Shown here: positions 35,664 to 37,686 of the stretch, one piece after another
Position numbering within the stretch: position 1 is the first letter of the stretch
How the letters are laid out: every line of letters begins with the position of its first letter
NCBI GenBank assembly: GCA_000934665.2
Contig: KZ538986.1
Coordinates: 1-37,686 of the forward strand
Direction: 5' to 3'
DNA from: Catajapyx aquilonaris
Lineage: Eukaryota
DNA: 37,686 nt
The notes under the pieces: generated by a model
Told to the model about the DNA's origin: nothing
What the model saw: the letters and a program-made list of their open reading frames with translations, nothing else
Database searches by the model: none
Translations under genes and position numbers: made by a program

Positions 35664-35889
35664 GGGTAGTGCCCCAAACTGGTCACAAAGTCTTTGCATT
35701 CCAGACACTTCTCCTGATCCTTCTCAAAATCATACAGCACTACATCACCAATAAATGCTGATGTATATGCTGGTTTGACCCTCGTTCCTGGGGGTGCCTT
35801 GGATATTATGGTGCGAGTAACTCTGGGAGGTGGAAGTGGCATCATGAGCTGGTGGTCATTTGAACCAGCAATCGTCAGAGGAACCACAC
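35664..35889 (-). CDS. Most upstream identified exon of the POGZ/ZNF280/row-like gene (5' exons not found)
   Basis: 226 bp, phase 1-2, ATTTTCAG|GT...CCC|GTAAGT. Ends KCLECKDFVTSLGHYP, compared with the recalled POGZ CLECSFEIPDFPNHFP. Confidence 0.85.
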
Positions 35890-36233
35890 CTGAAAATACC
35901 CCCTTTACAGTTCAGCATGTCAATCGAAATAAAAAGAACATACCTAGCTCTTTTAAGAATGATGTGTGTGCTTGGGAGTGATGCTCTCGCAATTGGATGT
36001 CATTCAGAAAGTTAAGGGTGCAAAAACTACACTTTGATTTCCTGTTTCGACTGCGGTGTTTCTGTAAACCAATGAAATGTGTGTTAATATAACCAATCTT
36101 ATCTCATCCAAGACTCCAAGAGTCACAAACATTCAGGTGCAACATAATTGTGTGGATAGAGGACTTCGGTCTTAGGAAGTGGGGAGAGGATGAATTGGAT
36201 AAAATATTTTACATGTTTTAAAATATTATAAAC

Positions 36234-36514
36234 AATTCATACCCCGTTATCAGCCGGCGGCTCTTTAGGGGGGAGTTCATCCCAATTTCATTTTGACTGG
36301 AACTCTGCTTTCATTTTTACTTTGCTTTTTGGTATAGGATAGGGATGGAAGGATGTGGCTGTGGCCTAATTATTTAGGAAGCAATCCCGGAATTCTCCTG
36401 GGGGGACCTTGGGAAACCACAGAAAACCATGGCTAGGATTTCCGGCCCCGGGACTCGAACCCAGGACCTCCCGATTAGCAGTCAAACACCCTATCCACTC
36501 CACCAAACTGCTTC
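36234..36514 (-). mobile_element. tRNA-derived SINE, tail type C
   Basis: Same head and core. The tail AATTCATACCCCGTTATCAGCC matches 10971-10992. No TSD evident. Confidence 0.88.
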
Positions 36515-36760
36515 CTCGCCCTGATGGTTAAAGTGGACTTCTCCAGTTGTATATTCGGCTCTTGTGGGTTGGAGCAGAAGACTTCCAAGACCAGGGTCTT
36601 CTCGTATTGTCGCCAGCTGATGTCGTGTGGTGTTTAAAAATATTATTAGAAGTTCCTTTTCCCATGTTTTGTTTCCCAAATATTGTTAATTATTAGATAA
36701 GAGGGCAAATCAGAGTAATTCACCACTTTTATGATTACAAGGCTTCACTACAAAAACTCA

Positions 36761-37578
36761 AACTGACACACACATACACATATGAAAGGGCAAGTCTCTC
36801 CGTATTTTTCAACATGGTCATCATACACATTGATGCACTTATGAATATCCCACTGGGATACTAGTTTTTCCATGCCACTGCAGAAAAAAGTGCCAGGCTG
36901 GCTGCAAAGCAAGTGGCAGACACCCTATTTCACTTCCTTGTTGTTGCTGAAGTGTTGACTGGCCAGATGCTTCTTCATTGATCTTCACTGAACTGAAGAG
37001 ATGGCTGTCACATGGGGCCAAGTCAGGGATATAAGGTGAGTGCTGCAGCAATACGATTTGGAAGCATGTAGGTTCCCTTCCTTAGAAAAAATTCAAGGCT
37101 GCAGCATCCGCAGCGAAAGTCACGGTTATTTGGGACTGCCAAGGGGTCCTCTTAGTCTTAGTGGATGCATACAGCAACACCTTGGCTTGTCTCAGTGCAG
37201 CAAATTGCCACAAATGACCAGAAATGATCATGACTGATGTTGTTCTCCATGGAAATGGTCGTACTCATGTACCTCATGCTGTGACAGAGAAGATTCAAAC
37301 CTAATGGGAATGGCATATCCTGCAGCACCCACTTTACAGCCCTGACTTGGCGCAAGTGATAATGACCATCTCTTCGAACCAAGGAAGACTTTCCTGACCA
37401 GTCTACACTTCAGCGACAACAAGGAAGTAAAACAGGCCATACACTAATGGCGCTGCAACCAGCCTGATCCTTTTTCTGCAGTGCCATGGAAAAACTAGTG
37501 TCCCAGTGGGATAAGTGAATCAATGTGCATGGCTGAAATGTAGAGACACTTGCCCTTTCATGTGAGTTATGTCAGTTT
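36761..37578. mobile_element. Palindromic mariner derivative made of two 3' ends
   Basis: The left arm (minus) encodes LQHSPYIPDLAPCDSHLF and the right arm (plus) encodes ILQHPLYSPDLA. Shared ends ATGAAAGGGCAAGT / ACTTGCCCTTTCAT. Confidence 0.8.
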
Positions 37579-37596
37579 CTGTAGTGATATATATAC

Positions 37597-37686
37597 AGGG
37601 TGATCAAACTTTTTTGTCGTTTTAGTTATTGACAAATTCGGCATAAGCTGCTTATGTTTAGCCCGTTACCTGGCAACCCCGTCCGG
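37597..37686. mobile_element. Left end of a Tc1/mariner-type element, same family as 1-190, truncated by the window end
   Basis: TATATA|CAGGGTGATCAAACTTTTTTGTC...GACAAATTCGGCATAAGCTGCTTATGTT. Confidence 0.7.

Noticed and set aside
36491..36679. Upstream exon of the zinc-finger gene
   Set aside because: No convincing splice sites or zinc-finger similarity, and the ORF runs into a SINE.
1..37686. Matching inverted TIR sequences at both window ends, suggesting one giant composite transposon
   Set aside because: The ends face outward: each belongs to a separate copy that extends beyond the window. This is more likely an assembly break at repeats.
1..37686. CRISPR array, retron or other prokaryotic system associated with the RT
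   Set aside because: There is no repeat-spacer array or operon structure. The RT is LINE-type with a TSD and tail, in intron-containing DNA.

Overview
AT-rich, repeat-dense eukaryotic genomic DNA, probably from an arthropod. It has spliceosomal introns and no prokaryotic gene organisation. Two minus-strand host genes were assembled by hand from phase-compatible GT-AG exons. (1) The last four coding exons (35889-30613) of a POGZ/ZNF280/row-like zinc-finger gene, ending without a pogo transposase domain. (2) A three-coding-exon gene of about 251 aa (19965-13919) with two IQ motifs. It resembles only the C-terminal half of IQCB1/NPHP5 and has a candidate RFX X-box upstream. Much of the remainder is mobile DNA: a 5'-truncated LINE whose reading frame is interrupted only by a TTAA-targeting Kolobok-like element, a decayed related LINE, seven copies of one tRNA-derived SINE carrying four different 3' tails, a V-domain-like SINE, mariner/Tc1 relics (including 5'-5' and 3'-3' palindromic dimers) and many nested MITEs. 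All family assignments rest on motif recall, not database searches. No clearly new biological system is demonstrated. The best leads are the tail-swapping SINE system with a shared 3' hairpin architecture and the minimal IQCB1-like gene.
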